Assembly (NCBI RefSeq): GCF_009914755.1
Contig: NC_060927.1
From: the human T2T-CHM13v2.0 reference genome, Homo sapiens
DNA: 64,000 nucleotides
Strand: one strand, 5' to 3'
The position numbers and the translations under genes were made by a program. The stretch's first letter is position 1. The number at the start of each line of letters is the position of its first letter. The notes under the pieces are model-generated. The model worked only from the letters and a program-made list of their open reading frames with translations. It was not told the origin of the DNA and ran no database searches. Positions 23,987 through 37,940 of the stretch are shown here, one piece after another.

Positions 23987-24569
23987 TGAGACAGGAGAAC
24001 AGAGTCTGGAGACAAGGAACTTAAGGCCGGTTTGTGCTAACTTCCTAAAAGAGAAAACATCAAGGTCTGGGGGCAGGGAATCTAATGCCAATTAACACAA
24101 ACTTCCTAAAGCTAAAGCAAAAGGGAAAACCCCATCTTCCCACTCTGAGTAACAAAGGATCAAAGGCTACTCTCCTTGCAACCCTCCCCCTTCCACCACG
24201 TCTCAGATGGAAAAGGAGAGTGCCTTAGATTGGCCGGCGGGCCCTGCAGGGACCTTCCCTTTATCTGCATATGGCGCCAATTCACCTCAGCCTTTAATTA
24301 GCCACAAGCCAAATCCTTCATCCAGATAAAGGGAAGAACCTCAAATGGTTACTTACAGCCCAGAAAACTTTATAACTGGGCCTTTGAGCTGCTTGCTAGG
24401 GCCCACTCCCACCCTGCGGAGTTCTTTCTTGCTTTAATAAATTCCTGTTTTCACTGCTTCATTCCTGTGTTTCATTCCTTTGGTACTTTGTTTCTGCATT
24501 TTGTTCAGTTCTTTGTTCAAAATGCCAAGGACCTGGACAACTCATAGTCAAGACCCTCCAGTGGTAACA
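23987..24569 (+). mobile_element. ERV1 solo LTR, MER51-like
   Basis: Starts tgagacaggagaacagagtctggagacaaggaacttaaggcc, has AATAAA at ~24436, and ends ggtaaca. Confidence 0.8.
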
Positions 24570-25984
24570 CCCCTCTGAGACTTCCCTCTCTTGGGAAGAA
24601 GCATAACTGCACAACCACACTGACAACCCCCCTGGATTTGAGCAACACTGGACAGGCATCCAGTCCTCCCATTCCACAGTTAACTGGAACCCACCTATGG
24701 AATTAAAATCAATTTGCAATTCTTTCCACATTTTATTTTATTTTTTTGAATCAGTGTAACATGTGCATGTGTTTAAAATATCAAGTAGTGTGGAAGGGCT
24801 TAGAATGACAAAGCCCAACTCTACACTCAAGTCAGCCCACCACCAGTACCGCAGGTTGGGAATAACCCCCTCTGCTTTTAGTTTTTAGTTTTTCTGTTGA
24901 TGACATCCACACATCTCAAAATAATACACTTGTTCTGCAGTTTCTTGACTTACCATTTTATGGTGCCTGTTACTACAGAAGAGGATTTAGCACAGTTATA
25001 ATTGCAAAGCCCCCTTCTCCCTACTCCTCCCAACTTTTAATAGTTCTATCAGTATTTTTATTATCAGATCACTTTGTGGGAAGCAAACTGGGAGCCAGAG
25101 GAGCAGGGCTTCCCTCCTGGGCACAAACCTTCACACTGTGTGATAGTTCCCGTTAATTCTAGGAGAGAAGGTTTCTTGTGTTTTCCGTGGGGTAAAGGGC
25201 TGTTCTATCTTAATCCCTTAATCTCACTTCTCCTTCTGCCACGTTCGCCAATTCTAAATCTGTTGCCTCTCCGGGCTGTGCCAAGCCCGCGGGCTCCCCG
25301 CTACTGCAGGCCCCGTGCACGCAGTTGACCATCTGTCTTCCTCCATTCTATTTTATCCATCAACACTTCCCAACCACTGTCCACCCTGCTGAAATTATTG
25401 AAATCTTTCATCCACTCATAGTCTCCCTCCTTCTTCAGTTTTTTGTCATTGATTTTTCTCCTTTTTCTTCATTAGTTTCATTATAATGAAAGTGTCAGAG
25501 AGGAGGGGAGACAAATGTGTTCAGTCAGCAATCTTGAATCATAAACCAATCTATTTCCTGGTGCTAAACCTAGCAGACAAATCATTCTGTCCCGTTTTTC
25601 AATGGGAAAAAGAAAGGCTTCAAGAAATATGTACTTGTCAGTGGACTAGGCTGTCAAACCAAAAAATATACCGAACCCTTCCTCTCCTCCCACTACACTC
25701 ATGAGTCCCGATACCACCTTTACTTGACTAAGTCTTCCAAAATGCCTGGTGTGTCTCCAACAGATGGCAGGTGGCCTGAGAGTGGTGCTGGCTCTGGGTG
25801 TATGCCCATCTCCACTTCTCCATCGCACTGTCTGCCTTCACACAACTCATTCTTGGTCCTGGCTGGCAGTTCTCCTCACCTGGGAGGTGAGGCTTGGGGC
25901 TTAAGAGGCCAATAAGGATAAAGAAGTGAACTCAGAAGGGTGACTCCTGGCTGCTTCCCAGTGTCATCAGACATGCAGGCATCT

Positions 25985-26451
<467 letters not shown>

Positions 26452-27597
26452 CTAGAATAAAAGCCCTCCATCAGCCGTTGGCCTGCTCACCCCTCCTGTC
26501 CCTTCTGCAGGGTGTGGCTGTGAATCTAAACCATGGCCCAATGCCCCAAAGGGGAATGACTCTTTCAAGAAGTGATTCAGGAAATCCAATATTTTCCCAC
26601 GCAGGAAGAATGCCTGCACAAGATAAAGTTCAGAGATTTAAAATAGCCAGCCTGGGGTCAAAGTTGGTGATATTCCTCATAGCAATGACAAAAGGTATCT
26701 TTAGTATTATTCATTTTATTATGAATTAGAAAAAGCCTTTGATAAGACATGGTCCTGTGGGTCACTGGAGATATAAAAATCAGAACAATCTAGGAAGAAA
26801 CACATAGATTTCCATCACAGCTTCCTTGTTCCTTAAGAGGGGAGTGGCTAGGCTGTGGAGCTGGGCCTGAGACCCTGCCTGGGAGGGGAGGCTGCAGGGG
26901 GCCGGAGGAGCCAGGCCTCCAACAGATCTCTCACTGCTCAGTGTAACTCTTCCGCTTTCTTCTCTCCAGATTCCCTTTGCCAGCCTTTACTGCCCACAAA
27001 GTTGACCTTACTGTTTGGCAGAGTTCCCCAATATGACTGAGCAAAGGCACCCTCTGAGGCCTATGAGAACAGCTTCTGGGAGGACTGGCACATCTGTCCT
27101 CAGTGGAGGCCACAGGAAACCACAACAGGCACAGAGAAGCAAACTGCAAGGTGGATTCTCTTTCCACCTTTAACACTGCCTGGGGAACCCTGGTTAGGGG
27201 AACTCTCTGAGCAAAGTCCTGACCGAATCGGACTTGCCCAGGATCTCTTGACCACTTTTTTAGTTTAGTACGCTCAACTTCAGCAAAAATCACTTGAAGG
27301 TCATCATATAAGATACAATTTAAATGGACACTGGAAATCCCAAACTGCATAATTCTGTAGTGTTTGTTGTTATTTTGTATTTTTGCACCTTGTGTTATTA
27401 TAAGCTTAAAAAAGCCTTTGATAAGACAGGCTCCTGGGGGCCCTTGAAAGGACAAAGGTCAGGACAATCTGAAAAAGAAACAGATTTCTACTGCAGAGGC
27501 ATTGTTTGAAGGAAGATAGAGCACAAGAAAGGGAGGTAGAAAAAATTCTTAGCTCCTAATAACACCAGTCATCCTAAAAAGCTTTGTATTGTGGCTG

Positions 27598-28458
27598 TGA
27601 TAGGGACAGGAGGCAGAAAAATTCCAGGCAGGCAGAAGAGGGCAGGTCCCTGGCGAGGGCCCCACCCTCAAGCCTGGAACTGTGGCCCAAAGTGAGAACT
27701 TACATTCCTGTTTTCCGGCTTGAATGTTGCCTTTTCCATAACCACCCATGGCCCGCCCTGCACCCCCATCCTGAGCCCATAAAAACCCCAGGCTCTGCCA
27801 GCAGAGGGAGGAGAAACAGCTGGACATCAGAGACTACAGTTGGATGTTGGAGAGAAGCATCTTGACTTCAGAGGAACAGTTTGACAGTGTAGCTTCAGAG
27901 AGGTGTCTGTCCAGGGACAGCTGGACTCCAGGGAATATTACCTTCCTGTTCCCTTTTCAGCTCCCCTTCCAGCTGAGCCACTTTCATTGGCTGTTAAATC
28001 CCCTGCATTTGCCATCTTCAATCCGTTCGTGCAACCTTATTACTCTTGGACGCCAGACAAGAGTTCAGATGTCATGAGTGTGGGTGCTGTCATGAGTGTG
28101 GGTGCTGTCATGAGTGCTGTCACACTGACCCTGCACTGAGCTGTTAACACTTAAGCCGTCCACAGATGGGCTAAAAGGGCACTGTAACATTCCTTCTGGG
28201 GCTTCAGGGGTCATGGGCACCCCACCTCCAGATGCTGCCGTGGGGCCCACAAGGAGTTTTGCTCCTGCTGGAGTCCAAAAGTACTAGCCCCAGAGCTCTT
28301 GCACCCGCTGACCTGTGCTCCCCCTCCCCAGGGAGTAGAACACAGTGGACTTGAGTGAGTGGAATTCATCCTTGCCAGTGCCGAAGCGACCAGCTAGGTC
28401 CAGTTCCCGTGCACTCCAGTTCCCGCCCGTGAAGGGGTAAGGGAAATATCCTGCTTCC
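27598..28458 (+). mobile_element. ERV1 solo LTR, MER50-like
   Basis: Runs from tgatagggacaggaggcag...ggccccaccctcaagcctgga to agggaaatatcctgcttc, with a TATA-like cataaaaa at ~27778. Confidence 0.75.
28070..28116. repeat. 18-bp tandem repeat (tgtcatgagtgtgggtgc x ~2.6) inside the MER50-like LTR
   Basis: Directly visible; the ORF track reads VMSVGA-VMSVGA-VMSA. Confidence 0.9.
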
Positions 28459-30150
28459 GTTGTTTTGTGTTGTGTTTCTTTTCTAATGGTGCCCTGTTCA
28501 AAGCTCAGTAGTAGGAATGGAGCATGTGGATAGCTGGAGTGGTGAGGTCTGTGAAAGAAGGTGAAAGGGAAGCTCACAAGTGAAAGATTGCCCCATGGCA
28601 GGGGGCCAAGGGTCTGGGCTTTAGATACCACAGATTGAAAAAAAATTCTGGAAGAGATGAAACATAAACATGTGAGACAAGATGAATTTTCCAGGTCAGC
28701 TGGAAGCCTGGTTTCCCAGAAAAAAAAACACTTGAAAACATAATTATCACGGATATTTATGTAAATATGTGTCCAATTTCTTCTTTAGAAATTCTCCAAT
28801 TAATTTTTTTTTTAAGCCAGAAACATTTTCATCAAGTGCCATCTTGTCTTTCTGGGAACTTGGCAGTAATTTGTTAGGTTGAAAAGAACCTGCTTTGCAT
28901 CCATTTATGGCAGGTATAGGACATTCAGACCTATTAGATATTATTCAAACATCAATATGGAAACTTCACTATTTTATATTCTTCCTACTCTTTGTTCTAA
29001 TAATAGGATGGGATGTCAATATTTTTTCTTGCATCCTGGAAGAGTTTGAAGATTAAGCCCTTCTCTTCCTGCCTTCAAGGAAAGAGAAGCTAGTTTTTCA
29101 GAGTGAGAAAGTGGGGCTTGGGGACATGGTATCAGAAGAGCTAGGATCTTAGGAGCTGACCCCAAGGAATCCAGTCAGGAAAGGAGGGACCCTGCAGTCC
29201 AAGAAGGCTGGGTGGTGGCTGCAGGGAAGCATGGGGGGCATTTATTTTCTTCCCATCAACTCATTGATTTACTTATTTCTGTCTCCCCACTTGTCACTCT
29301 TGGTCACTCTGTATTTTCTGTGTCTGGCGGACTATCTGAGATATAATAAATGTTTAATAAATATTCGCTGAATAAAGTTAATCCTCATATCAGCCCTGAG
29401 AGGTACATGTGATCCCTTTTGTTTACAGTTGAGGCACTGAGGCTCAGGGCAGAGTTGGCAAATAGTAGCAGGCTACTGATGCCAAATCCATCACCTTGCT
29501 CCACCATGCTGCCTGGGGTGAGCGGGAATGTGCTACCGAATTGTTTTTACCAAGACTGCCAGTTACCTCAGTGCCATGTCCAGTGGGCCCTCCAACAATG
29601 GCTTTACCTACCTTCTGCAGGGTTCCCCTTGCCATTTGTGATGTCACTTGCTGTCCCTGTGTTCTAGCTCTCTCTCTCTGACTGTTCCTTCTTTGAAATC
29701 CTTGTGGCAGCCCTCTTCCTTCTCCCCACATGATGTTGATGGTGTCTGGGTTCTGTCATTAGTCCTGTGCCCATCTTCCGCCATGTCTCCCATGGGTGCC
29801 CTGCTCATGCACCCTTGGGGGGAAGCTGGGCTTCACACTGAAGTCTGCCAGGCCTCGTATCAAACTGCATCTTACACATTTCAACTCTGACTTCCCCTCA
29901 GTTCCTCAAATCCATGCCCCCAACCATTGTTGGGACCTCACACTGTCTCCTCCCCATTCCAGTTCTTGCCCCACTTCTTCCAACTCCAAACCAAGCTCCA
30001 AGTCCACTCTGCACGCTCCACCTGCTTGGCCACCTCCAGTCCAGGTCCCAGTCAGCTCTCATCTGGCCAACTATCATGACTTCCTACCCGTTTCCTACTC
30101 TTTTCTTCTGATCTATTCTTTAACCAACTGCCACAGTAATCTTTCAAGAA

Positions 30151-30410
30151 CTTTACTGATATATAACACTCATCTTTTAAAAATGCATAAATCATAAGAG
30201 TACAGCTTGAAACATTTCACAAGCTAGGTGCACCCGAGGGACTGGTACCCAGATGAAGAAAGAGATCATCATCAGCTTCCCAGAAACCCCTAGAGCCCCT
30301 CTCAGTCACCACACACCTCCACCTCCAGGGGAGCCAGTCTTTTGACTTCTAACAGCAAAGATGAGTTTGCCTGTTTTGTACTTTATATAAATAGAATCAT
30401 ATAGTGTGTC
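30151..30410 (-). mobile_element. L1ME-type 3' end inserted into an L2 fragment (~29680-30500)
   Basis: Contains ttttgacttctaacagc...tttgcctgttttgtactttatataaatagaatcata. L2-like sequence (gccacagtaatctttc...aaccctccaatgg) resumes on both sides. Confidence 0.65.
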
Positions 30411-32468
30411 AGCATGATCTTCAAAAATGGAGATCAGAGCCTGTCACAGCCCTGTAAAAACCCTCCAATGGATTCCCCCCACCTCAGATCAAAATTCAGG
30501 CAAAGCACCCCTACTCCTCCCCCTGTCACTGAGCTCCCCACCACCGTGGCTGCCTCTCCGTACCAAGCTACTTACATCATTGCTTGAAAATAAGCAGTAG
30601 AAATCTGTAGCTGAGTGGAAAATGCATGGCCCTCCTCAGGTGATGTTTTGTCTCAGAGTCTTTGTGGGTGGGGGCCATCCCCACTGCCTGGGGTGAGCTT
30701 CTACTTATCCGTCTTCCTGGTAGTAAAGAATGTCCCTCCTGTTACCTGGTCTCTATTGTTCCTTCAGGGCACTGAGCCCAGATTGCAATTACAACCACCA
30801 TGAGTGTTTAGGGCCCCACATCAATTCTGTCACCCAGGACACACCTGTGGTGCCAGCAAGGCAGAGGAGGGAAATGACCAAAGAAGCAGGGAGTAATCTT
30901 CTCCACAAACAATGACGAATGATTTCAGAAGAAAAGAATAAATGTCAGCGAATGACCCCACTGGTTACCTAGGCACTCATACGCCATAAGTGAGTGAATA
31001 TAAAATTAACAAATTGGGTTATAAATTCATTGTAGAAACAGGTATTTTCCTTCTATTGTATCCATTTATCTCCCCCCAAATTTCTGCAGGAATAGTAAGT
31101 TATTCAGCAAGCCCTTGTCGACATTTTAGGGCCAGCTCCATACCAGAGCTCCCAATACAACCATCTCCATTTGGAGAATTGGAGCCAGTTTTGACTCTTG
31201 GCCTTTTCAAGGTTTTTCTGTAGCAGGCAAGAGACTGGAGACTCACTCCTCTTTGCAGTGAGGAGGAGAGGGCGTCCTTGGGGCTGGTGGTGAACAGCCC
31301 GAGGAGGTTTCATCAAGAACAAGTTAGTGCCCTGGCAGGATGGGGAAGGAGCCCTCATCTGGGGGAACCTCTGCCTGGGGGTGGCCTAGGCCCACCCACC
31401 ACCTTTGGCAGCAGCCACTCTGAGAAGACCTCCCAACAAACCACAACACACTCGGCCTTTTCAAAGCCACAGTGGGGGTCTAAGAACAAAGCTTCAAGAG
31501 TCTGTAATCAGACCCAAAACAACAGATGCTTAGAAGCAGGGCGGGCAGGCTGCCCACCCCATGAGAGCAGAAGGTAGGACGGACGTGCATGGACGCCTGT
31601 CGGCTCTCCCCAGTGCTCTGCTCTGACAGTGGAGTTGCTCCTGAGGCTACGGCATTCCGGAGTCACACATGCTACAGACAGGCTAGCTTAGCCTCCCGCT
31701 GAACCTCACGACACTGGCAGAGGCGGCGGCTCCCCTGCAACAGCCTGCTGCTGACAGACACACCTTCTGGCATGGGAACATTTCCACACCCCAGTCTGGT
31801 CACCCTGGCATTCCCCTGCCTGCCGAGAGATCTGGGATTCATGACCACAGGCTGTCTTCCAAGACCTCATCATTCCAAAAGTGATGAGCAGCCCCCTGAA
31901 AACTGCGTCCCATATACAGCAAGTCTTTGGCAGCCAGGATAAAGTGGTCAAATAAACAAAATAAAAACCCAGTGTGCAACACAGTAGGTTCCCTCCACAC
32001 GGGAAAAAAGCACACTTCTGTGGTCACTCGTCCCAGTTTTTCTGGTGGCAGGTAGAAGGATGGCAGTAGGAGAAGGCTTTGTCCAACATTCAAATCTCTC
32101 TGTCCTATGGGATACTTCCAGAGAAAGTCCTCCCTAAGTGCTAAGCTCTGAGCACAATTCCAGATTCCACTTGACCTCCTGTGGATCATAAGAGGGCCAC
32201 ATAACCGACTGTCTTGGCTTACCAATGATCAAGAACAAAGTACCAAAGACACAGACCTGAAGGGCCGCATCTCCTGGATATGTCCATCCTCAACACACCC
32301 TGGGGATCTCCACTTCCCTCCCCAGAGTGCCTCTCACCTCCAGCCCCAAAAGCAGCCCCCAGCACTCTTTGCTATGATCCCCACGGCTGGTGCCACCCTA
32401 CTCCCTCTGCCTCTGCAACTCAAAGCAAAATGCTGAGGACATTCTCTGCCCCCAGTCTCCTTGCTAGG

Positions 32469-32923
32469 TATCACAGGTCAAATCATGCCTCTCATAAAGA
32501 TATGTGGTGGGTTTAACCCCCGGTGCTCATGACCGTGACATTATTTGGAAATAATAGGGTTTTCACAGATGTAATCAAGTTAACATGAGACCATGCTGAA
32601 ATCAAGTGGGCTCTAATCCATTGCCTGGCATTCTTACAAAAAGAGGAAATTTGGATACAAAGACACACAGGGAAGAATACCATTTGACAATCGAGGCAGA
32701 AGCTGGAGTAGGGTGTCTGCAAGCCAAGGAACACCACAAGTTTCCAACAACTGCTAGAAGCAAGGAGAGAGTCCTGGAATGGGTTCCCCCTCAGAAGGAA
32801 CCAACTCTGCCAACACCTTGCCTTGCACTTTGAGTCTCCAGAACTGTGAGAGAATACATCTCTGTTGTTTTAAGCCACCAAGTTTGTGGTATTTTTTAAA
32901 TGGCAGCTCTAAGAAATGAATAC
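32469..32923 (+). mobile_element. MaLR MLT1 (B/C-like) solo LTR
   Basis: ttatttggaaata...gatgtaatcaagttaa; caagccaaggaacacc; ctccagaactgtgagagaatacatctctgttgttttaagccacc. Confidence 0.85.
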
Positions 32924-32959
32924 CCGGGCCAGAGGTTTGGCCTGAAGGCAAGGGTAAGG

Positions 32960-33180
32960 GCATGAGCTTTGTTGAGAGACCTGAATTTGATTCTTGACTT
33001 TGCCCAGTATTACAGACTGTAAAATGACGGGCAAGTTACACTATTTATGTTAAGCTTCAGTATTCTCACATGTGAGGTGGTGATAACAGTAGTGACTGTC
33101 TAGGAGTGTTTGGAGACATTGTAAAGCCCTAGCTCACAGCCTTGCTCACGGTGCCGGGGAGGTGCTGGCTGTCTTATGCC
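32960..33180 (+). mobile_element. MIR SINE
   Basis: agacctgaatttgattcttgactttgcc...gggcaagttac...gtaaagccctagctcac. Confidence 0.6.
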
Positions 33181-36100
33181 AGGGATCGCTCATCAGAAAA
33201 CCTGCCTTCAGCAAAAGCCGCCTCCTGCTCTATACAGGCAGGCTCCAGGAGGTGCACAGCTGCAGCAGGAGACATGCCATGGGATCCCCTTGGTTCCATG
33301 GCAGAATCCTGTCCCTTCCAGCGCAGGCTTCCCATTTCACCTTTCCTAGGCCCACCACACATTTCCTCCTCCAGCTCTGGGGAGAGTCTGCTTATCCTTT
33401 TCTGGCTCTCAGGTGACTTCGGAAGCAGTCACTTTATTTTTAAATTCTTCAAGTCCCTCCAAATTTGCTCACTATTTCCTTAATTCGTCTGTTACTCAGT
33501 TAGTGTTTGCTGGAGACAGACGTGGGGACAGCCAGGCCTCCTGTGTCTGCCGCCCATGTCCTGCCTCCCCCTGCTCCCACCCCTTGACCTGTCTTGCCTT
33601 TGGGCTCCACTCCCCTGCCTGGGCATCCTCTTTTCTCATTCCCAGGCGCTCCTGTCCACACTGGCCTTTTGTCCACACCTGGAGGGTTCTGACTGTTCAT
33701 GTCCCATGAGCATCTTCCTCAAATGCACAGACCTGTCCTCTGTGTGAGCCACGTAGCTACAGGAAGCCCACACAAACTGAAGGGGCCTTCCTTTTCCCCG
33801 TAAGTCAAACCTTTTCCTCTCCTTCCTCTCGAAGCTGTCGTGCAGAATGGCGCCCTGCCTTCTCTGCTGATGGCAAATTCTTGCAACCACCAGAGTGGGT
33901 CTACAGACATTTCTCCACCGACCAGTGAATTCACCGATTCTTCCAGATCCTATAAAGGACAAAGCTCCATGTTGATTTGCTTTTCCAGACTCATTCTAAA
34001 CCTGTGCCTCCCAGCACACATCCCTGGAAGAGGCCTCTTCCCCTGGCATGGCCGGCTCAGGAAGGTGGTGGCAGCTGTCACACTGACGTTTTGCCATACC
34101 TCCATATCTGGATCCTGACTCCTTGTGTATTCTAACTCTCTGCCTAGAGCACTCTCTTGCCCCCTCTCTGGCCTTCTTGCCTGCCTAGCTCTGACTCCAT
34201 TGGCAGCTCTGTTGGAACACCGCCTCGCCAGGATGCCTTTCCTGATCCCTTCTCTAGGTTACTCCTCGGCTTACAGGCTCCCCCAGGGACCTGTGAGCCT
34301 CTCTCTACCATCACACCTGTGATTCCAGGCCAGGCATGGCTTACATGGAGATACACTCCTGAAGATCGCAGTTCAAAACACACACTGTTCAAGACTTATC
34401 AGGAAATGGATGCTGGGTCTCCCTGTGATGACTGAAATGGTGCTTTCCTCTGGCAATGATGCACACAGTTTACAATTCCCCTGGCCTGCCAGCTTGGAGA
34501 GATTTTATCAGGGGCTGTGTGTGAGTATGGGTGGGTGTATTATTGCTAATTTTGCCCAGAAGGAACATTTGAAATTATATGGTAAGCAAGTATTTATTGA
34601 TTATTATTCTAGACCAAGCACATTCATGGGAGACCAAGGGCCGAGCAGGGCTGCCTCCCCCAGCCCCCCAGGGGCATACTATTACTAAGATGAGGCACAT
34701 GCACAAAACAGTGACAGCTACTCTCAGGGTGATGTGGCAGATGCCAAGGAGAGGTACAAGTAGTGGTGTCAGAGGGGCTCAGAACACAGGAAGATGAGGA
34801 GAGATCCCTGGAAAAGTGAGGCTGGAGCTGAGGTTTTGAAGATGAGGAGAATTTCAGAAAGTGGGTAGGAAAAAAGGGGTCATCCCTAGTCCTAGGAGAC
34901 AAGATGAGGAGAGGAAAAATGTAAGGGTGATTAGAGGCCTGAAAAAGATTGAGTTAGTCTGAGAGAGTTCCAGGTAGGTGAGAAGAGAAAACCAAGTCAG
35001 AAAAAGGGTTGGTACCTGAGAGAAGCTACGGAATTTTATCTCTATCTGGCCATCACCGAAGACTTCTGAGCAGAGATAATGCATGTCAAACACTTTAGAA
35101 AGAGGAATCTGTAACAGGCTAGAGGCACGGAGGCCACGCAAGATCTTGGGACAAGGCAAAAACAAAACAAAACAAAACAAAACCCTCCAGTCAGGCGGTG
35201 GCAGTGGCCAGGGGACAGCAGAGGGAGAGACACTGAGGGGAGGCAATGGCCGATGATTAGGAGATGTGGGGGATGACGAGTGCATATCTGAGTCCAAGAG
35301 AAGGGAGGGTGACATCAGGGAAGCAAGGAGCTCAAGATGCCAGGGGGAGCCGGACGAGTGCAGGGAGGCAGCTTGAGGCTGTGGGGCTGGGAGACCAAGT
35401 AGAGATGTCCAGGGAGGCACTGGGAGTGTGGGAGCACATGCAGATGCAGTCAGGCCAGGGACACGGGTCTGAGTGGTCCTCTCTTCAATTCCACAGAGAG
35501 GAGGTCACTGAGGAGAGGGGTCAGGGAGGTAGGGATGGGGGTGCATACAGCAAAGGGAAAAGGGCCGATGGGAGGTGTTGAGGGAGAAGCTAGGCACCTT
35601 CTGACCACCTAGGGCAATAAGACCAGTTCTCTCCAGCCTCGTAAACAGATTGTGACAACTTGAGTCACACACCTGGGGAAGGCGGTGCAGGGAGCTAACT
35701 GGCAGGAGCATTAGGAATAGATCACTGGGTTTTAGCCTACGGAAACTCTAACTCTAGGGAAACTAACTCTAGGAAAAGGCAGCCTCACTTCTGTCAACTA
35801 TTCAACCTCACACCCTGGAAGAAAAGGTAAGGTCCCTTCTGGTGCACATGGAATCAATCCAAGACCAATCCCCAATTTAAAATGGCAACCCAGTCGCAAC
35901 ATTTGGGATTTTGAAATAAACTCCCCTTGGGCTTTACACAATGTTGGAGCTCCCTGAGCCAGACTGTAGGTAAGGTAAATGTCTTGTCTTATTATGTCTG
36001 CTACCTTTTGCTTCTGCTCCCTGAGACCAGAGCTTTGTGCCTTGTTAAACTCTGCACATCTGCACATTTCCCTTGCTAAGATGGAGGGCTTGCCTGAAAT

Positions 36101-36283
36101 ACAGCCGCAAGGATACCTGTTCCTAACAGAACTTCTCTTGCTAAATTAGCAAGAAAGCAGGAGGACAAAGGCCTCATCACTTGGCATATGTTCTAATACA
36201 TCTGATCCCTGGCTTCTGAGAAAGCAAGGATCTGGAGCCCCATGGGGGCTGTTGGTGGGTGGGTCCACACAGAGTCTTTGGTC

Positions 36284-36573
36284 TTTTTTTTTTTTTCTGA
36301 GACAGAGTCTCACTCTGTCTTCCAGGCTGGAGTGCAATGGCACGATCTCAACTCACTGCAACCTCTGCATTCAAGGGATTCTCCTGCCTCAGCATCCCAA
36401 GTAGCTGGGACTACAGACCCACGCCACCGTGCCCAACTAATTTTTGTATTTTCAGTAGAGGTGGGGTCTCACCATGTTGGCCAGGCTGGTCTCAAACTCC
36501 TGGCCTCAGGTAATCCACCCCCGTCAGCCTCCCAAAGTGCTGGGATTACAGATGTGAGCCACCACGCCCAGCC
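36284..36573 (-). mobile_element. Alu (AluS-type) with a small internal deletion
   Basis: Poly(T), then gagacagagtctcactctg through gagccaccacgcccagcc. Confidence 0.95.
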
Positions 36574-37753
36574 TTGTCTAGTCTTTAGATGGGAGGAGTC
36601 TGCTTTATCACTGGAGGCTGCACCGGACTGGACTTTTCTCAACAGAGGGCTGGCTGCTCCTTCTGTGACCTCACCTCTTTGACTTTTCCCTGTGTCTCCC
36701 AAGGCATTTTCTCCTCCCTTTCCCCTCTGTTTGCCTTCCCCCTCTCTCTACTCCTCAGATCAGCAAAGACAGGGAAAGAGGGTGAGAAACATCTGCAGGG
36801 TCTGGGTAAGGAAAGGTGGGAGAAACGGAATGAAAGGTGAGAGTGAGGGGCTTCAGTCAATGCTACAGAAAATACCCAAATCCCTTCTCAGAAAAGCTCC
36901 CCCAGGTTCCAGGCTGATGTGAGAGAGGAAAGGAAACTGTTACATGCAGAGGTCAAGGCAGGAGATCAAGAGAGGCATGCTTGCTCCTCTCCTATCAGAA
37001 AACCGTGTTTAGATGACAGCAACAAGAACTTCCTCTCTTCCACCCCACCGCCATGACCCCAGGGAACAAGGCGAGTAGACCACAGCGATCGCCACCCTCG
37101 TGAAAGGGATTGGTCACTCAGGACATCAAGGTCTTCTCTGCACCATGAAATGTTTAGTTAAGGCATGGAAAATAAGGGCAAGAGTAGCCACAAAGGGGAC
37201 CCCCACCAGCCAGTTTCTCAAATTCCTTGCTTACCTACAGTATTTAACTTGAACCTGTAAACATCATTAGTGAGAACACTCCTGACTCCAGCCTCCCAAA
37301 ACGTTTGCCATTTCCAAACTATCTGGGGGCAAAAAGACAGAAATGGAACTCAGCCTAGCACAGCAAGCCTGTGTGCTGTGAGCACTCCTACAGACTCTCC
37401 AAATTCCAATATGTGGTGGTCTCTCCTTGCTGAGAAGGCTCCGTCCTCAGCACCCTCCTGCCTCCTGGCCCAGGGGTTCTCAGGGACTGAGGTTCACAGC
37501 CCTCAGTTTTTGCCCCAGGCCACAGCAGAAAGCTCTGGGAGGCCTTCCCTGGCAAACCTAAGATGCTCCTGAAGTTCCTCCCATCAATGACAGCTCCTAC
37601 ATTTAGAAGCTCATGTTCCCTGGCAACCATTTGAGTTGAATATCCATTACTTCCCACAAATCACTTTAATGAATAACTTGGCCACCAGAATATCACAGCC
37701 GCCTCAGTGAGTGCTGCATATGAATCACTGCCCTGAGATGTGTTTGCCTCAGA

Positions 37754-37940
37754 GCAGATGTTCTTGAACTTTAGGGTATATTGGAATTACCTAGAGGGCT
37801 TGTTGGAGCAGTTTTCTGGGCCCCACCTCCAGTTTTTCATTCAGTAGGTCTGGGATGGGGCCCAAGAATTTGCATTTATAATAAACTCTCATGTGATGAT
37901 AACACTGCTACTCCAGGCACCGTACTTTAAGAACAACCAC
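37754..37940. mobile_element. MER5A hAT DNA transposon
   Basis: ctgggccccacctcca...ttcagtaggtctgggatggggcccaagaatttgcatt...actttaagaac. Confidence 0.8.
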
